A stretch of 64,000 nt of DNA. Source: Eledone cirrhosa (Eukaryota). The DNA lies in NCBI GenBank assembly GCA_964016885.1, contig OZ024745.1, positions 107,322,001 through 107,386,000 of the forward strand, in the 5' to 3' direction. The notes below the pieces were generated by a model. The model was not told the origin of the DNA, made no database searches, and worked only from the letters and a program-made list of their open reading frames with translations. Both the position numbers and the translations under genes were made by a program. Every line of letters begins with the position of its first letter. Position 1 is the stretch's first letter. Positions 60,560 through 64,000 of the stretch are shown in pieces.

Positions 60560-62680
60560 CTGTGTGTGTTAATGGGTGTTCGTATAAGGAGAAAGAGATA
60601 TAGATAGAGAGAAATGATTCCACCCCTGAAAATATGATTAAAATGGAATATAGAAAAAGCAAACAAACTAAGATGTTGAAAAATATATAGAAATCATACA
60701 TTAATAGATTCATATATAAGTACGTATATATGTAAAAATGAGAAATTATAAAAGAAAAACATAATCAAAACTTCAAGAAATATAAAAAAAAATACAATAA
60801 AAAATTCTAATCACAATGACATCAATGGTTGGCATGAGCGAACTTATCTGAAGAATGTTCAATGGCAGAGCAGAATTTTTTACAAGGTCGACTTGGCATA
60901 TTGACAACTAGGAGAAAAGCAATGAGCAGAGATGAAGATATGAAATTTTGATTTTAAGCTGACCGGCATTCCTCGGCAACAGTCATATCAAACACTACAA
61001 AGTTACGTTGCCATTTTTACCGATTCGGAGCAAGTGTCGAAGTCCAGGCACAAATATCACGTTTCATTTAATCAAGCCTTTACGCTATTTATTCTGCATT
61101 ATTCGATGCTAACCTCACTCTATTCTGACATTTTTTCTTCTAGTCTTTTAATCAAAGGCCGGCCTTGATCAAGCAAAATTCTGATTAAAAGGCGCTTCAT
61201 CCGTGAACATCCACACATTTTGTATATTAACTATTACGTTACTTAAAAAGGCCTTCTTTTAGAATGAGATTTCGGGGGGATTTGACAATTATCTCATGTA
61301 TTGTACCCTATTCAAGTTAGTTTTGCCTGTCAAATATAAATATAGGTTACATATGAAACAGGGATTATACATACACTTATATATATACATACATACAACA
61401 GAGAGTAGACAAGGAGAAGTCCGTTGATTTTTCACCAATATAGCATTAAGTCAATATCTGTTCCCACAGCATTGCCGAAATTTCCTTTAAATAGTAACTG
61501 ATATTTTACGAGATCTCGCCCTTGTTTGCTTCTTTCTAAACTCAAGCATACTTAAAAGGAACTCTTGTTTTAAATTGAGAGGATAATCTCGGTTGATTGA
61601 GGTTTCAGACTGGCAACTAGATGGGTATATAGGTAGGAGAAACAGACAGATAAATATGAATATAGATTTAGAACTGAATATATCAACAAATATAATAAGG
61701 AAATGGACTACATTAATGTAAATTAAGCCTCAGAAGCAGCTTTCTAGGAACTGAACACCAGCATACAAAGTATCACCCACTTTATACCAAACTCAAAACG
61801 GTGGGAGCATGTGGCATTCTAGGTTTCCGACCAGCTTCTCTACATACTGCAATCACAAGACACGCGAATAGGACTGTTTTTTTTTTTGGTTTTTTTTTTG
61901 CCTATGAGCTTTATTTTTTCCGGTACTCCGTCAGTGGCGAGAAAGTTATCCTCAAACCAGAGACATAGTCCTTATGGTTACAATAGTGTGAACTCTGCCT
62001 AAGACATCCCAATTAGTATGTGGTCTTATTAAACGATCGGTGGATTAAGTATACCACCGTAGAATTGCCTTATCTGCAGCATGAAAGCAAGGTCAATGTT
62101 AGTAGGATTTAACCACGGAGTGAATAGAAACGAAACATTTCCTCCACATTCTAAGCATTTTTTAAATTTTAGTAGTTTTGACAATAGTTTAGACCACACC
62201 TAGATGAAAAGCATTCGATTTATTTAGGAAGTTTCAATCAAGAAATTGCTTTAACTATGTTCACACTGACGTGTATTTGCGCCAGAATGTTTCTTCTATC
62301 ACTACTACATATGCTTCTACGTGTCTCTCACAACATGCATAAGTGTCTTCCTTCCAAGAGCCTCTCCATGTGTATTTCTTCCACTGAATCGTTTCCCACC
62401 GGCATTTTAACACTTTGAAAATCACCTTCATCTGCCAGACAAGTATTGTATTCTTTTCTCACATGACACTGACCTACAAATGGTTGTCCAAACTGAAACA
62501 TCAAATGTATCATCAATCACAGAGAGACTGCAGAATTTATGGGTATTTAGGTCTTCCTTTGACTATCCTGAAAAAATATACTTTCTGAACTCAGGAAAAG
62601 GGTTAAAGGGCTAATTACGGTTCACTTATTGCAGAGTATTTCAAATTTTTTTTATTGTTACATATTGGAAATGGTACAAA

Positions 62681-62720
<40 letters not shown>

Positions 62721-64000
62721 TGTGTTTGTACCATTTCCACACACACACACACACACATTATATATATATATATATATATATAATGTGTGTATGTGTGATA
62801 CGCATACATGCACATACATATACCCGCCTATGATAGATAGAGAGATAGACAAATATCAGGCTCACAAGCTTATCTTCCCCCAAACAAATTCGTATGTGTC
62901 AGTCTGATAGAGATCGTTCCAGTTGTCAGACGATCGTTGAAGCAATGCATTATGGAAAAAGTTAGTATAAACCGCTCACTCATTTATTTAAAAAAAAACC
63001 TCAACTAACGTTAATCAAAGTATGTCCCACTAGTCATCACCATATGATTTATTACCATTCACATTTCATAATCTTCTAATGTCCATCCTATATTTGTGAA
63101 ATAGTTAAAATAAAATTTCAAAGAAAAGATTTATATTTACAAGTATTGTAATACTCGTAACAGTGTTATTTTCTTTTTACATCTATCAACGACCGAACCC
63201 CAAACGAACAAATGCGTTTGCATTATGAGATTGGAATAGGAGTCTACTCTAACTTCCATCTTAGAAAAGCATACGATACCTACTTTAAAAAATGGTGAAA
63301 TCAAATGTTGGATACTATGGCCCTAGATACACAAAAATAGGGGATGTGTGAAGTGCAAATACTGTTAACCAAAGAATGTTAGATCAGTCGGAGATGTAAG
63401 TGATTCATATAAAGCAGTGGACCTCCATAGCCATTCGATGTTTAAAAAATCCTATTATATTTTTACTATTAAATATTAGCAATTGATTAAAAAAATGTTA
63501 ACATTTTATGTATTGCAAAAGTATAATTTAATTAAACTTTAACAATAAAATTCTATAGAAAATGAATGTTCATTAGCAATATAAGTCGTAAATGCAAACC
63601 CTATTCTGTTGTATATCTGTCTTATGTCTTTCATATTTCATCAACACAGAATGAAAGGTAACAAATAAGTTTCTGTCTCTAACCTTTAAGATACATTCTT
63701 GAAATAAATAAGTCTAAAGCAAAATATTTTTCATGGACCACAAAAATACTACTATAAATCCCCAATTTACTATTTTGCTTGCGTAGACTTCAATAAAACC
63801 TATATCGACACCTAGGGCCATGTGAAACTCAGATGAGAACCCCTGAGATAGAGGGAGAAATCACGTTTTCTCCAGTCTAGAATGATTTTAGAATAACCAA
63901 ATCTTAAAATAACAGTAACCATTGCTGCTACTTCTTCTATAGCTTGTGTTGTTTATTACCTGCATGCTGTCGAATAGACATGTGATCAAAAGCATGCCAG

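Noticed and set aside
62240-62570. Possible host exon on the minus strand (ttttttcag acceptor near 62570; 62-aa ORF)
   Set aside because: All three frames stop soon after the acceptor and no domain is recognisable; a non-coding exon cannot be excluded.

Overview
AT-rich, microsatellite-saturated eukaryotic non-coding DNA. The repeat content suggests an octopus or other coleoid cephalopod (inference). I found no credible host protein-coding exon, and almost all listed ORFs are translations of simple repeats. The window is a mosaic of decayed transposons: tRNA-derived SINEs (about 11 copies of one family plus CORE-like copies), RTE, CR1, Tx1-like and R4/Dong-like LINE remnants, non-autonomous Helitrons and a possible hAT MITE. 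The standout signal is about 25 type I hammerhead ribozyme (HHR) motifs, read by eye as stem I-CUGANGA-stem II-GAAA-stem III-NUH-stem I', from about 10 sequence families. Nearly all lie in short non-coding elements that form long head-to-head palindromes with both 3' ends abutting (TA)n. One element is a near-identical 559-bp tandem array (retrozyme-like, predicting a 559-nt unit RNA or circRNA). Related copies show compensatory stem II changes. One 2.8-kb inverted pair keeps a Penelope-like ORF C-terminus, which links the system to Penelope-like elements (PLEs). All structures and alignments were done by eye; ribozyme activity and expression are untested.
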